Source: an uncultured Gemmatimonadales bacterium
GTDB lineage: Bacteria > Gemmatimonadota > Gemmatimonadetes > Longimicrobiales > Gaopeijiaceae
Direction of reading: 5' to 3'
NCBI GenBank assembly: GCA_963823035.1
Contig: CAWGKG010000018.1
Span: forward strand, 529,823 to 593,822
Length of the DNA stretch: 64,000 bases
Shown here piece by piece: positions 1-11,570 of this stretch. Every line of letters starts with the position of its first letter. The stretch's first letter is position 1. The translations under genes and the position numbers were made by a program. Under the pieces are notes generated by a model. It searched no databases. It saw only the letters and a program-made list of their open reading frames with translations, and was not told the origin of the DNA.

Positions 1-916
1 CTACCTCGACCTGACCGGAACCGAGCGGCTCTTCCACGGCGCCGGCCTCACGGAGATCGCTCGCGACTTCCGCGAGGAGGTGCTCGCGCGCACGCGGATC
101 TCGGTGTCGATCGGCGGAGGCACGCGCCGCGTCATCGCCAAGCTCGCCGCCGGACGCGCCAAGCCCGCCGGCGTGCACGTCGTGCCGCCCGGGGAGGAGC
201 AGGCCTTCCTCAACACCCTCGAGCTCGCGGAGCTTCCGGGGGTCGGGCCGTCCCTCGTGGAGGCGCTGGCGAAGCGCGGGCTGGTGCGCGTGGTGGATGC
301 GCTCGAGGTGCAGCTCGAGTGGATGCAGCGGTGGTTCGGCACCCGCCGCGGCGCCTGGCTGCACCGGCGCGTGCGCGGGCTGGACGACAGCGAGGTCGAC
401 CCCCACGAGGAACGGAAGAGCATCTCCTCCGAGCGGACCTTCTTCAGGGACATCGACGACGACGACGAGTTGGAGCGCCGCCTGCTCGAGCTGTGCTGCG
501 GCGTAGCGGCTACGTTGCGTGGCAAGGCGATGCGCGCACGCACGGTCACGGTCAAGCTGCGCGACGCGGACTTCACGACGCGCCAGCACGCGCGCACCGT
601 GAAGGAGGGCCTCGAGTCGGACCCCGTGCTCTACGACGTGGCGCGTGGGCTCCTGCGCGAGCTGCGCGCGGCCCGCCGGCGGCCCGCTCGCCTGATCGGC
701 GTCGGGCTCTCCGGGCTCCACGACGCGGACGAGCCGCGGCAGCTCGCGCTCTTCGACGAGCCCGCGCCCGCCGTCGAGACGGAGCGCGACCGTGCGGTGG
801 CCCACGCCCTCGACCGCCTGCGCTCCCGCTTCGGCGACGACGCGGTTCGTCCCGGGCGCCTGTTCGACGGACGGCGCGGCCGTACCCCCGACACCGAGGA
901 CGAAGGCGAACCATGA
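1..916 (+). CDS. dinB: DNA polymerase IV (Y-family), 5'-truncated by window edge
   Basis: Frame open from base 2 (YLDLTGTERLF); IAKLAA..AKPAG, LPGVG HhH motif, RKSISSERTF little-finger domain, TVTVKLR..DF and RLIGVGLS motifs. Confidence 0.93.
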   Translation, partial: YLDLTGTERLFHGAGLTEIARDFREEVLARTRISVSIGGGTRRVIAKLAAGRAKPAGVHVVPPGEEQAFLNTLELAELPGVGPSLVEALAKRGLVRVVDALEVQLEWMQRWFGTRRGAWLHRRVRGLDDSEVDPHEERKSISSERTFFRDIDDDDELERRLLELCCGVAATLRGKAMRARTVTVKLRDADFTTRQHARTVKEGLESDPVLYDVARGLLRELRAARRRPARLIGVGLSGLHDADEPRQLALFDEPAPAVETERDRAVAHALDRLRSRFGDDAVRPGRLFDGRRGRTPDTEDEGEP

Positions 917-1728
917 GCTCCGACACGCCCGAACGAGGCATCGACCGCCTCTGGCCCGAGACGCGGCCGCTCATCGGCATGGTCCACCTCCTGCCCCTGC
1001 CGGGCGCGCCCCGCTGGGCGCACTCGATGGACGCCATCGAGGAGCGGGCGCTCGCGGACGCGTGCGCGCTCGCCGACGGAGGGATGGACGGCGTGCTGGT
1101 GGAGAACTTCATGGACGTGCCGTTCTTCCAGGGACGCGTTCCGCCCGAGACCGTGGCGGCGATGGCGCGGGTGGTCGCGTCCGTCCGCCGTGTCGTCTCC
1201 GTTCCGGTGGGCGTGAACGTGCTGCGCAACGACGCCCACGCCGCCCTCGCGATCGCGGTCGCATGCGGTGCGGACTTCATCCGTGTGAACGTGCACACGG
1301 GCACGATGTGGACCGATCAGGGCATCGTCGAGGGGCGCGCGGCGGACACGCTGCGCACGCGCGCCGCGCTCGGCGCCCGGGTGGCGATCCTCGCGGACGT
1401 GCTCGTGAAGCACGCGACGCCGCCGCCCGGGCTGAGCCCTGAAGCGGCCGCGGCGGACACGTGGTCGCGCGGGCTCGTGGACGCGCTCATCGCGACGGGG
1501 ACGGGCACGGGCGAGCCAACGGACCCCGCGACCGTGCGGGCAATCGCGCGCGGGGCGCCCGACGCCCCCGTCCTGGTAGGCAGTGGGGTCACTCCGGACA
1601 CGGTGGCGGGCCTTCTGGCCGTCGCGCACGGCGCGATCGTGGGGACGGTGCTGACCCGTGGAGGACGCGCGGGGAGCGGGGTGGATCCCGACCGCGTGCG
1701 CCGCCTCGTCGAGGCCGCCCGCGGCTAG
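913..1728 (+). CDS. BtpA/SgcQ family TIM-barrel protein
   Basis: LIGMVHLLPLPGAP, VENFMDVPF, GVNVLRND, DVLVKHA motifs; ATGA overlap with dinB stop. Confidence 0.9.
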   Translation: MSSDTPERGIDRLWPETRPLIGMVHLLPLPGAPRWAHSMDAIEERALADACALADGGMDGVLVENFMDVPFFQGRVPPETVAAMARVVASVRRVVSVPVGVNVLRNDAHAALAIAVACGADFIRVNVHTGTMWTDQGIVEGRAADTLRTRAALGARVAILADVLVKHATPPPGLSPEAAAADTWSRGLVDALIATGTGTGEPTDPATVRAIARGAPDAPVLVGSGVTPDTVAGLLAVAHGAIVGTVLTRGGRAGSGVDPDRVRRLVEAARG

Positions 1729-2486
1729 CCGCCGGTGGTGCGTCGCGCCATCCGCGCCAGGTACCGTCCGTCCTCCTCGCGCTCCAGGACCTCGCACGTC
1801 AGCCCGACGCGCGTGCACGCGGCAGCGAGCGCCTCGGGGTCCACGAAGAGGAAGGGGAAGGGCGGACCCGCCTGTCCGTCGAACTCGAGCTGCATGTGGA
1901 CCTCCCCGACGTAGCGCCCGTCGTCGGGCACGTCCCAACGCCCCGGGTCGGTCGAGTCCGCGAGGATCCGCCCCCCCGGCTGGAGGTGCTCGGCGAGCAC
2001 AGCGAGGAAGTCGTCGAGCGCCGAGAGCGTTCCTGGAAGGCCCAGCCCGTTCATGAGCACGAGCACGGTGTCGAAGCGCTCTTCCGGCCCGAGCGCCTCG
2101 AGACCGCCATCGCGGACGTCGACCACCCCACCCCCATGCAGCTCCGCCAACGCCACCGGGAGGATCTCGAGCGCGGTCACGGCATGTCCCGCGGCCGCCA
2201 GGGGCGCGGCGTGGGCGCCCGGGCCCGCTCCGACGTCCAGGACACGGCCCCGGGCCTCCGCGAGCGCCCGCCGCTCCACGGCGGGCATGCTCTCCACGGG
2301 GCGGAAGAAGAGGGAGACGGGCACGTGCTCCTCCTCGGCCACGTCCGTACGCAGCACGAGCTCCGCCTGACGCCGTCCCGCACGGTAGGCCGCGAGGGCC
2401 GCGTCCAGAGGAGCCCAGGGCTCGTCCGCCCCTCCATGTGGCGAGGGGCGGTCCCGCAGGAGCCGCCCCCCTTCGTCGACCGTCAT
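1725..2486 (-). CDS. Class I SAM-dependent methyltransferase
   Basis: VLDVGAGPG motif I, FDTVLVLMNGLG, GGRILADSTD; C-terminal part of ORF 1725..3824, start taken at MTVDE. Confidence 0.85.
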   Translation of the reverse strand: MTVDEGGRLLRDRPSPHGGADEPWAPLDAALAAYRAGRRQAELVLRTDVAEEEHVPVSLFFRPVESMPAVERRALAEARGRVLDVGAGPGAHAAPLAAAGHAVTALEILPVALAELHGGGVVDVRDGGLEALGPEERFDTVLVLMNGLGLPGTLSALDDFLAVLAEHLQPGGRILADSTDPGRWDVPDDGRYVGEVHMQLEFDGQAGPPFPFLFVDPEALAAACTRVGLTCEVLEREEDGRYLARMARRTTGG

Positions 2487-2494
2487 GCGGTGCG

Positions 2495-4249
2495 CTATCC
2501 CTTCGGGCTCCCACCCGCGTCGCGCGACCGCTTCCACGCCTCGTGCGCCCGCGCGTTCTCCTCCCACGGCCTGCGCCCGAAGTAGGACCGGGTCATCTCG
2601 ACGACCTTCGGCGCGAGGAAGAGGAGGGCGATGAGGTTCGGGATGATGACGATCGACAGGGCGATGTCGCCCATCGCCCAGACCACGGCGAGCGGCACGA
2701 CCGCGCCCATGAAATGCATGGCCACGTACACGAACTTGTACGGCAGGATCGCCTTCGGTCCGAACAGGTAGTTGGCGCACCGGTCGCCGTAGTAGCTCCA
2801 CGAGATCGCCGTCGATACCGCGAAGAGGATCGTGCTGATCAGCACGATGTAGTTGCCCCACCTCCCCGGCAGCCCGCGGCTGAAGGCCTCCATCGTCAGG
2901 GGCGCACCGCTGTCGGGCGCATTCGCCCACAGCGACGTGTAGGTCTGCCCGTCGGCCGTCACCGCCTGACCGGACGCCGGCCGCACGACGCCGGTGAAGG
3001 GCCGCGTCATCGCCTCGTCGACGAAGAGCGTGTCGATCGCCGTCTCGTGCCAGGACACGTGCACCGCGCCCATCCCGGTCTGCGTGTGCAGGCCGTCCCG
3101 GATCGTGATCTCGGCCGGCGGCTCCGTCGACACGGAACGTCCCGACTCGAGGGTCGTGGTGTAGCTGAGGTCGCCGCCGGTGAGCGTGACCTCCGTGGGG
3201 ATCCGCGCCGTGTACATCCCGGTCATGATGATGACGATGCCGGTCATCGAGCAGATCACGATCGTGTCGATGAAGGGCTCGAGCAGGGCCACGACACCCT
3301 CCGAGACGGGCTCGTCGGTCTTGGCCGCCGCGTGCGCGATCGGCGCCGAGCCCTGCCCCGCCTCGTTCGAGAAGAGCCCTCGCCGCACCCCCCACATCAT
3401 CGTCACCACGAACACGCCGACCCCGGTTCCGGCCACGCCCGCGGAGGGATTGAACGCCTCGCGGAAGATGAGTCCGAGGGCCGGGAAGAGGTCGGGGAGG
3501 TGCGTGAGGATGATGAAGAGCGCGCCGGCCACGTAGATCGTCGCCATGAGGGGGGCGAGGATCGACGTGACCCGCCCAATACGCGTGATGCCGCCGAGAA
3601 TGACCATCGCGACCACGCCCGACGTGATCAGCCCGGTGATCCACGGCGCCACGCCCCACACCGTCTCCACGTTGTCCGCGACCGTGTTCGCCTGCACCGC
3701 GTTGCCGGTGAGGAACGCCGTGAAGCCGAGCATGAGCGCGAAGAAGACGGCCATCCACCGCCACTTCGGCCCGAGCCCGCGCTCGATGTAGTACATCGGC
3801 CCGCCGGACACCGAACCCTCCCACTTCTTGGCGTCCTTGTCGGGTCCCACGTCACGGTACCGCTGGGCGAGCGTGACCTCGGAGTACTTGGTGGCCATCC
3901 CCAGGAAGGCCGTGACCCACATCCAGAAGAGCGCGCCCGGGCCGCCCAGGTGGATGGCGATCGCAACGCCGGCGATGTTGCCGATGCCGACCGTCGCCGA
4001 CAGCGCCGTGGTCAGCGCCTGGAAGTGGCTGACGTCGCCGGGCTCGTTGGGGTCGTCGTACTTGCCAGACGTCACACCGAAGCCGTGCACGAGGTGCCGC
4101 AGCTGCACGAAGCCCGTGCGAAACGTGAGGTAGAGTCCCGTCCCGAGGAGGAGGATCACCATATAGGGGATGTTCTCCCCCTTCACGTTGATCCCGTTCT
4201 CCACCACGTAGGTGTTGAAGAAGTCGACGACGTTCTGAAGAAGGTCCAT
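2495..4249 (-). CDS. Alanine/glycine:cation symporter (AGCS family)
   Basis: SHFQALTTALSATVGIGNIAGVA, GGPGALFWMW, RRGLFSNEAGQGSAPIAHAAA, FIDTIVIC signatures. Confidence 0.95.
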   Translation of the reverse strand: MDLLQNVVDFFNTYVVENGINVKGENIPYMVILLLGTGLYLTFRTGFVQLRHLVHGFGVTSGKYDDPNEPGDVSHFQALTTALSATVGIGNIAGVAIAIHLGGPGALFWMWVTAFLGMATKYSEVTLAQRYRDVGPDKDAKKWEGSVSGGPMYYIERGLGPKWRWMAVFFALMLGFTAFLTGNAVQANTVADNVETVWGVAPWITGLITSGVVAMVILGGITRIGRVTSILAPLMATIYVAGALFIILTHLPDLFPALGLIFREAFNPSAGVAGTGVGVFVVTMMWGVRRGLFSNEAGQGSAPIAHAAAKTDEPVSEGVVALLEPFIDTIVICSMTGIVIIMTGMYTARIPTEVTLTGGDLSYTTTLESGRSVSTEPPAEITIRDGLHTQTGMGAVHVSWHETAIDTLFVDEAMTRPFTGVVRPASGQAVTADGQTYTSLWANAPDSGAPLTMEAFSRGLPGRWGNYIVLISTILFAVSTAISWSYYGDRCANYLFGPKAILPYKFVYVAMHFMGAVVPLAVVWAMGDIALSIVIIPNLIALLFLAPKVVEMTRSYFGRRPWEENARAHEAWKRSRDAGGSPKG

Positions 4250-4334
4250 GCGGGCCGTCCGTCTGGGCGAGGTTGTTGGGGAGAAGAGAGGCGGGGGGAC
4301 CTAGCCTCGCGGTGTCCTTTCAGGGCGACGAAGA

Positions 4335-4370
4335 ATGCCCCGCCCTACCGTGAGAGGCAAGGCGGGGCAT
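4335..4370 (-). terminator. Putative terminator hairpin downstream of the desaturase
   Basis: ATGCCCCGCC...GGCGGGGCAT 10-bp inverted repeat, followed on the minus strand by TCTTC. Confidence 0.5.
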
Positions 4371-4415
4371 CGGTCGCTCCCGGGGGCGGACGGCACGTCC
4401 CGGGATCGACGAACG

Positions 4416-5579
4416 CTACCCGGTGGCGATCGCGAGGTCGCAGACGCGCTCTGCCACGGCACGACGGAGCAGCTCGTGCGCGCGCACCACGATGTCGTCC
4501 AGGGACGGCGACTCGTTGAACATCTCCTCGGCGCGCTCCCGCAGCTCGGGCAGCGTCGGGAGATGGGGGAGCGCCAACTCGGCCAGCCCCTCCTCCATCT
4601 GCTCGCGTGCGCGTCGCACGCGCTCGGAGAGGTCCTCGAAGGCGTGGGACTCGTTCCACGCCTCGCGCACCCGCGTCGCGATCCCCTCGAGCGAGATGCT
4701 CGCCGCGAGGTCCTGCGCCACCTTCTCGATCACCTTGCGGCCGACGGGCTTCTCACCCCGGACGATCGCCTCGGGCGGCTCGCGCAGGTCCCAGACCACG
4801 CCCGTCCACGACATCATCTTCAGGATGTAGTAGGTGATGTCGATCTCCCACCACTTGAAGCCCTGGCGCGTCGAGCTCTGGTAGTGGTGATGGTTGTTGT
4901 GCCACCCCTCGCCGAGCGTGACCAGCGCGAGGAGCCAGTGGTTGCGCGAGTCGTCACCGGTGAGGTAGCGCTGGCTACCCACCTCGTGCGCCATCGAGTT
5001 GATGGCGAACGTGCCGTGGTAGAGCACCACCGTGCTGAGGAAGAAGCCCACGAAGAGCCCCGCCCAACCGCCGACCAGGAAGGCGCCGATGCCCAGGAGC
5101 ACCGCGGGCACGAGATAGAAGCGGTCGAGCCAGCGCAACTCCGGGTAGCTCGCCAGATCGCGGATCGTGCCGTAGTCGGGCTTCCAGTTGTTGTGGTTGA
5201 AGATCCACCCTACGTGCGCGTAGACGAAGCCCTGGTGGCGGGGCGAGTGGACGTCTTCCGGCGTGTCCGAATAGAGGTGGTGGTGCCGGTGGATGGCGGC
5301 CCACCACAGCGCCCCCCGCTGTGCGGAGCTCTGGGCGAGGAACGCCAGGAGGAACTGTCCGACCCGGCTCGTCTTGTAGGACCGATGCGAGAAGTACCGG
5401 TGGTACGCGCCGGTGACCGCGAACATGCGGACGAGGTAGAGGATGACCGCCATCCACACGGCCTGGGCGGGAAAGCCCGTCCAGATCGCCCCGAACGCCG
5501 CGAGGTGCACGAGCGCGAAGGGGATGGCGGCGGGATAGACGATGTCGTCGTGGGGGGCGTGGGCGGAGTGATCGGCCAC
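4416..5579 (-). CDS. Acyl-CoA/fatty-acid desaturase (delta-9-like) with C-terminal helical extension
   Basis: His boxes HRYFSH, HRHHH and GEGWHNNHH; GTG start at 5579 assumed (ORF track starts at 5597). Confidence 0.9.
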   Translation of the reverse strand: MADHSAHAPHDDIVYPAAIPFALVHLAAFGAIWTGFPAQAVWMAVILYLVRMFAVTGAYHRYFSHRSYKTSRVGQFLLAFLAQSSAQRGALWWAAIHRHHHLYSDTPEDVHSPRHQGFVYAHVGWIFNHNNWKPDYGTIRDLASYPELRWLDRFYLVPAVLLGIGAFLVGGWAGLFVGFFLSTVVLYHGTFAINSMAHEVGSQRYLTGDDSRNHWLLALVTLGEGWHNNHHHYQSSTRQGFKWWEIDITYYILKMMSWTGVVWDLREPPEAIVRGEKPVGRKVIEKVAQDLAASISLEGIATRVREAWNESHAFEDLSERVRRAREQMEEGLAELALPHLPTLPELRERAEEMFNESPSLDDIVVRAHELLRRAVAERVCDLAIATG

Positions 5580-5757
5580 GGGCACGGATCTCCACATGGG
5601 TCTGGAAGGGTCTGGGACAGACTACCCGATCCTACAGGGGACATGGAAAGTTAACGGCCGTAACCCCGACGGCGTAGGGGAGTCGGTGGCGGAGCCGGTC
5701 TGCGATCGCCATCCTTACCGCCCGCCGCAACCGTCCGAGTGACCCTCCGGAGGCCTC

Positions 5758-7089
5758 ATGCCCCGTCGCACGCTCCTGCCTTTCGCCCTCCTCCTTCTGG
5801 CCGCCGCGCCGGTGGGCGCGCAGACGCGCGAGAACCCGCTGAGCGCCGACATCGACCGGCTCGTCGCCGAGGTCACGCCCGAGGTGGTCGCCTGGCGGCG
5901 GGACATCCACGAGCACCCCGAGCTGGGGAACCGGGAGTTCCGCACGGCCGCGCTCGTCGCGGACCACCTGCGCCGGCTCGGCATCGAGGTGCGCACGGAG
6001 GTCGCGCACACCGGCGTGGTCGGCGTGCTGCGAGGGGGGCGGCCCGGCCCTGTGGTGGCGCTGCGGGCGGACATGGACGCCCTCCCCGTGACCGAGCGGG
6101 TCGACCTCCCCTTCGCGTCGAAGGTGCGCACGGAGTACAACGGCCAGGAAGTGGGCGTCATGCACGCCTGCGGTCACGACAACCACGTCGCGATCCTCAT
6201 GGGCGCCGCCGAGGTCCTGGCGTCCGTGAAGGACCGCCTCCCCGGCACGGTCGTCTTCCTCTTCCAGCCGGCCGAGGAGGGCGCGCCCGCGGGCGAGGAG
6301 GGGGGCGCGGGCCTCATGATCGAGGAGGGCGCGCTCTCCGACCCCGCGCCGGAGGCGATCTTCGGGCTCCACGTATGGCCGACGGAGGTGGGCTCGCTCA
6401 CCTACCGGGCGGGTGGCGCCATGGCAGCCGCGGCCGGGCTCTACATCAAGATCGTCGGGCAGCAGACGCACGGCGCGCTCCCGTGGGGCGGCGTCGACCC
6501 GGTGGTGGTGGCCTCGCAGGTCGTGCTCGGGCTGCAGACCATCGTCTCCCGCCAGACCGACATCACGAAGGCGCCGGCGGTCGTGACGGTCGCCAGCATC
6601 CACGGTGGCGTGCGGGGCAACATCATCCCCGACTCCGTCGTGATGGTCGGCACGGTCCGTACCTTCGACGAGGCGATGCGCGACGACATCTACGACCGCA
6701 TCCGGCGCACCGCCGAGCAGATCGCCGCCAGCGCGGGCGCCGAGGCGGTCGTGCGCATCAGCGGGGGCGGCGCGGTGACGTACAACGACCCCGACCTGAC
6801 GCGCTGGGCCGTGCCGACGCTCGAGCGCGCCGCGGGTGCGGAGGCGGTCGCGGAAGGACCGCCGATCACGGGCGCCGAGGACTTCGCCCTCTACGAGAAG
6901 CAGATCCCCGGCGTCTTCTTCTTCCTCGGCGGCGTGCCCGCGGGTCGCACGCCCTACCCCAACCACTCCCCGCTCTTCTTCGTGGACGAGGGCGCGCTGC
7001 CGGTGGGGGTGAAGGCGATGGCCGGGCTGGCCGCGGATTACCTCTTCGACCACGCACGCGGCGTGAGCGAGGACGGGCCGCAGGGCTGA
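5758..7089 (+). CDS. M20D amidohydrolase with signal peptide
   Basis: RRDIHEHPELGNRE, ALRADMDALP, MHACGHD, FQPAEEG, GAEDF; hydrophobic N-terminus; GGAGG RBS. Confidence 0.93.
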   Translation: MPRRTLLPFALLLLAAAPVGAQTRENPLSADIDRLVAEVTPEVVAWRRDIHEHPELGNREFRTAALVADHLRRLGIEVRTEVAHTGVVGVLRGGRPGPVVALRADMDALPVTERVDLPFASKVRTEYNGQEVGVMHACGHDNHVAILMGAAEVLASVKDRLPGTVVFLFQPAEEGAPAGEEGGAGLMIEEGALSDPAPEAIFGLHVWPTEVGSLTYRAGGAMAAAAGLYIKIVGQQTHGALPWGGVDPVVVASQVVLGLQTIVSRQTDITKAPAVVTVASIHGGVRGNIIPDSVVMVGTVRTFDEAMRDDIYDRIRRTAEQIAASAGAEAVVRISGGGAVTYNDPDLTRWAVPTLERAAGAEAVAEGPPITGAEDFALYEKQIPGVFFFLGGVPAGRTPYPNHSPLFFVDEGALPVGVKAMAGLAADYLFDHARGVSEDGPQG

Positions 7090-7144
7090 GCGGAAGGAAG
7101 CCGGGCGCGCCGACCCGTTTGGGGGGGCCGGCGCGCGGGCGGCG

Positions 7145-7996
7145 TCAGGCCGCGCCGGCCCCTTCCTCCTGCTCGCGCGCCAGGAGCGCCATCTTCCGCT
7201 CCCGGCCCCAGCGGTAGCCGCCAAGCGCGCCTGTCGACAGGACCACGCGGTGGCACGGGATCGCGACCGCCACGGGGTTCGCGCCCACCGCGCGGCCCAC
7301 GGCCCGCGCCGAGCCGGGCACGCCGAGGTGCGCGGCCAGCGCCCCGTAGGTCACCACCTGCCCCGCCGGCACCGTGAGGAGCGCCTCCCACACACGGATC
7401 TGGAAGTTGGTCCCGCGAAGGTGGAGCGAGAGCGGGCCGTTTCCGCCGCCCTCGAAGATGCGTCGCACGAGCGCCCCGGTGCGCGCCGCGTCGGCACGCA
7501 GGCGAGCCTCCGGCCAGCGGTCGCGCACCCGCGCCTCCGCCTCGGCGTGGGTCGCCTCTTCCAGGAAGGCCAGCACCGCGATCCCCCGTGCGGTGGTCGC
7601 GAGCGCGCACGGTCCGAGCGGCGTGTCGTGGACGCCCCACGCGAGCTCGACGCCCTCGCCGCCGGCGCGCACCTCCGCGGGCGTCATCGCGTGCACGTTC
7701 ACCATCAGGTCGTGCAGTCGGCTCGGGCCGGAGAGGCCCGTGGCCCAGGAGGTCTCCAGGAGGGCGCCCCCGTCCTCGAGGAGGCGGCGTGCGTGCTCCG
7801 CCGTCACGAACTGGAGGAAGCGCTTGGGGCTCACGCCCACCGCACCGCGGAAGACCCGCTGCAGGTGGAACGGGCTCATGCCCACGTGCGCCGACAGCTC
7901 GGCGAGGGTGGGCTGCTCGGTCCGGTGCTCGTCCAGGAAGCGGATGGCCTTCTCCATCCGGCGGTACGTCGGGATGTCCAGCGCGGCGTCGGTCAC
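7145..7996 (-). CDS. Bifunctional AraC-HTH / methylated-DNA-protein-cysteine methyltransferase (Ada-like)
   Basis: SPFHLQRVF HTH region, GTNFQIRVW, and active-site PCHRV. Confidence 0.92.
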   Translation of the reverse strand: MTDAALDIPTYRRMEKAIRFLDEHRTEQPTLAELSAHVGMSPFHLQRVFRGAVGVSPKRFLQFVTAEHARRLLEDGGALLETSWATGLSGPSRLHDLMVNVHAMTPAEVRAGGEGVELAWGVHDTPLGPCALATTARGIAVLAFLEEATHAEAEARVRDRWPEARLRADAARTGALVRRIFEGGGNGPLSLHLRGTNFQIRVWEALLTVPAGQVVTYGALAAHLGVPGSARAVGRAVGANPVAVAIPCHRVVLSTGALGGYRWGRERKMALLAREQEEGAGAA

Positions 7997-8132
7997 GTCT
8001 CCCTCCCTCGGCTCGGGTCACGCGAGGATGATCGCCGCGCGCCGGATGGCGCTCAACCCGATTCTTGCGCGGCACGCGACGGGCAGGGGGTTCCGGCCCC
8101 GCGTCCACGGTTGTATTTTCAGATTCGCATTT

Positions 8133-9080
8133 ATGGATACGACTGCCCCGCCTCCGATCCTCGAGCATCTCCTCGCCCTCGGCGACGAGACGCGTACGCG
8201 CATCCTCCTCCTCCTGGAGCGGAGCGAGTTCACCGTCACCGAGCTGTGCGCGGTGCTCCAGATCCCGCAACCGACGGTGAGCCGGCAGCTGCGCACGCTC
8301 GCCCAGGACGGGTGGGTGAACGCGCGCGCCGAGGGGCGCAACCGCCACTACCGGCTGTCGGCCTCGCTGTCGCCGCCGTCGCGGGAGCTGTGGCGTCTCG
8401 TCCGTGACGGGCTCGGGCCCGAGGGGGTGTACGCCGCCGACGCCGAGCGCGCGCGCCAGGTCCTGGCCGAGCGCAGGCGGCGCTCCGCGGAGTTCTTCGC
8501 CGCCTCCGCCGAGCGATGGGACCACCTGCGTCGCGATCTGTTCGGCCACGGGGCGGAGCTGCTCCCGTTCTTCGGGCTCCTCGACCCGAACTGGACCGTG
8601 GGCGACCTCGGGACCGGGACGGGAGAGCTCGCCGCCACGCTCGCGCCCTTCGTCGCGCGCGTCGTCGGGATCGACCGCTCGGAAGCCATGCTGGAGGCGG
8701 CCGCCCGCAGGCTCGAAGGCTCCGCCAACGTGGAGCTCCGCCGTGGCGACCTGGAGGCGCTCCCCGTGGCGGACGGCGAGCTGGACGTCGCCGTGCTGTC
8801 GCTCGTGCTGCACTACGTGGTCGATCCGGCAGACGTGCTGCGCGACACCCACCGCGCCCTGGCCCCCGGTGGGCGCCTGGTCGTGGTGGAGATGCGGGCC
8901 CACGACCGCGGCGCGGAGTTCGCCGAGCAGATGGGCCACGTCTGGCCCGGATTCGACCCGCGCGAGATGGAACGCTGGATCGCCGACGCCGGATTCGGAC
9001 ACGTGCACGCGCGGCTCCTCCCTCCCGATCCGGAGGCGCTGGGTCCGCTGCTCTTCCTCGCGACGGGGATCCGCACATGA
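8133..9080 (+). CDS. sahR: ArsR-HTH + SAM-methyltransferase-domain regulator (SahR-like)
   Basis: LGDETRTRILLLL...VSRQLRTL wHTH followed by a DLGTGTG SAM-binding motif; directly upstream of ahcY, the usual SahR context. Confidence 0.8.
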   Translation: MDTTAPPPILEHLLALGDETRTRILLLLERSEFTVTELCAVLQIPQPTVSRQLRTLAQDGWVNARAEGRNRHYRLSASLSPPSRELWRLVRDGLGPEGVYAADAERARQVLAERRRRSAEFFAASAERWDHLRRDLFGHGAELLPFFGLLDPNWTVGDLGTGTGELAATLAPFVARVVGIDRSEAMLEAAARRLEGSANVELRRGDLEALPVADGELDVAVLSLVLHYVVDPADVLRDTHRALAPGGRLVVVEMRAHDRGAEFAEQMGHVWPGFDPREMERWIADAGFGHVHARLLPPDPEALGPLLFLATGIRT

Positions 9081-9129
9081 GATCCCACCTTCATACGACC
9101 CTCCACCCATCGACCGACCGAGAGGCATC

Positions 9130-10615
<1,486 letters not shown>

Positions 10616-10650
10616 CCCGGCGGCTCGACCGCCGATCGGGCCGGAACGCG

Positions 10651-10692
10651 GAAGCCGCCCGCGCGGACGCTCAGGTCCGCGCGGGCGGCTTC
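10651..10692. terminator. Strong hairpin between convergent ahcY and tauE-family genes
   Basis: Perfect 18-bp stem GAAGCCGCCCGCGCGGAC / GTCCGCGCGGGCGGCTTC with a 6-nt loop. Confidence 0.7.
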
Positions 10693-10717
10693 GTCGGGCG
10701 GGCTTCCCCGCGGGTCG

Positions 10718-11479
10718 CTACCCCGCGATCAGGAGCCGGATCGCGAAGACCACGATGGTGACGGTCACCACGTTGCGCACCCACCCGTGTCCCTTGAGCA
10801 CCTGGAGGCGCACGCCCGCGAGGCCACCGATCAGGTTGCCGGCCGCCAGCGACAGGCCCATCGCCCAGTCCACCTTGCCGCTCCACGCGAAGAGAGCGAG
10901 CGCGAGCGGCGTGAAGCACATCACCAACGTGACCTTCACCGCGTTGCCGCGCACGAGGTCCAGCCCGCCGGCCGACGTCACCGCCAGGATCACGAAGCCG
11001 ATCCCGGCCTGCAGGAAGCCACCGTAGAAGCCCACCAGGAAGAACACGCCCGCGAAGGCCCACCGCCGCACCCCCGCGGGCGGACCGACCGCCTCACCGC
11101 CCGTCGCCGAGGGCGTCGGGCGCCACACCGTCCAGGCCGCCACGACCACCAGGACGATCGCGAGGATGCGCTGGAACGCGACGTCGCCGATGCGTACGGC
11201 CACGAGCGTGCCCAGCACCGCTCCGACCAGCGCCGGCGGCACGGCCAGCCAGAGCCACGCCACCGTGGTCAGGCGCCTGCGGTGGAAGCTCCACGACGCG
11301 CCCACGTTCTGGATCAGGATCGCGACGCGGTTCGTGCCGTTGGCCACCGTCGGCGGGAGGCCGAGGAAGATCATCACCGGGAGCGTGAGCATGGAGCCGC
11401 CCCCCGCGATGACGTTGAGCGTGCCGGCCACCAGGCCGACCGCGAAGAGGAGGAGCGCGCTCAGGATGGGGTTGTGCAC
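10718..11479 (-). CDS. Sulfite exporter TauE/SafE family membrane protein
   Basis: AGGGSMLTLP, ANGTNR, GFYGGF.AG.G motifs; multiple TM segments. Confidence 0.88.
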   Translation of the reverse strand: MHNPILSALLLFAVGLVAGTLNVIAGGGSMLTLPVMIFLGLPPTVANGTNRVAILIQNVGASWSFHRRRLTTVAWLWLAVPPALVGAVLGTLVAVRIGDVAFQRILAIVLVVVAAWTVWRPTPSATGGEAVGPPAGVRRWAFAGVFFLVGFYGGFLQAGIGFVILAVTSAGGLDLVRGNAVKVTLVMCFTPLALALFAWSGKVDWAMGLSLAAGNLIGGLAGVRLQVLKGHGWVRNVVTVTIVVFAIRLLIAG

Positions 11480-11570
11480 GGTGCGCGAAGTGGAGGTGAC
11501 GAGGCCCCCCGCCCTGTCGAGCGGGGGGCCCGTCCCAAGGTGACGCCGCGCGGGCGTCGTGGCTACCCGA

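Noticed and set aside
4250..4415. Glycine riboswitch upstream of the AGCS symporter
   Set aside because: Region is short, holds a terminator-like hairpin, and lacks a recognisable aptamer pattern
8110..8140. SahR operator at the sahR start (ATTCGCATTTATGGAT)
   Set aside because: AT-rich and well placed, but only about half the positions are symmetric; too weak to call
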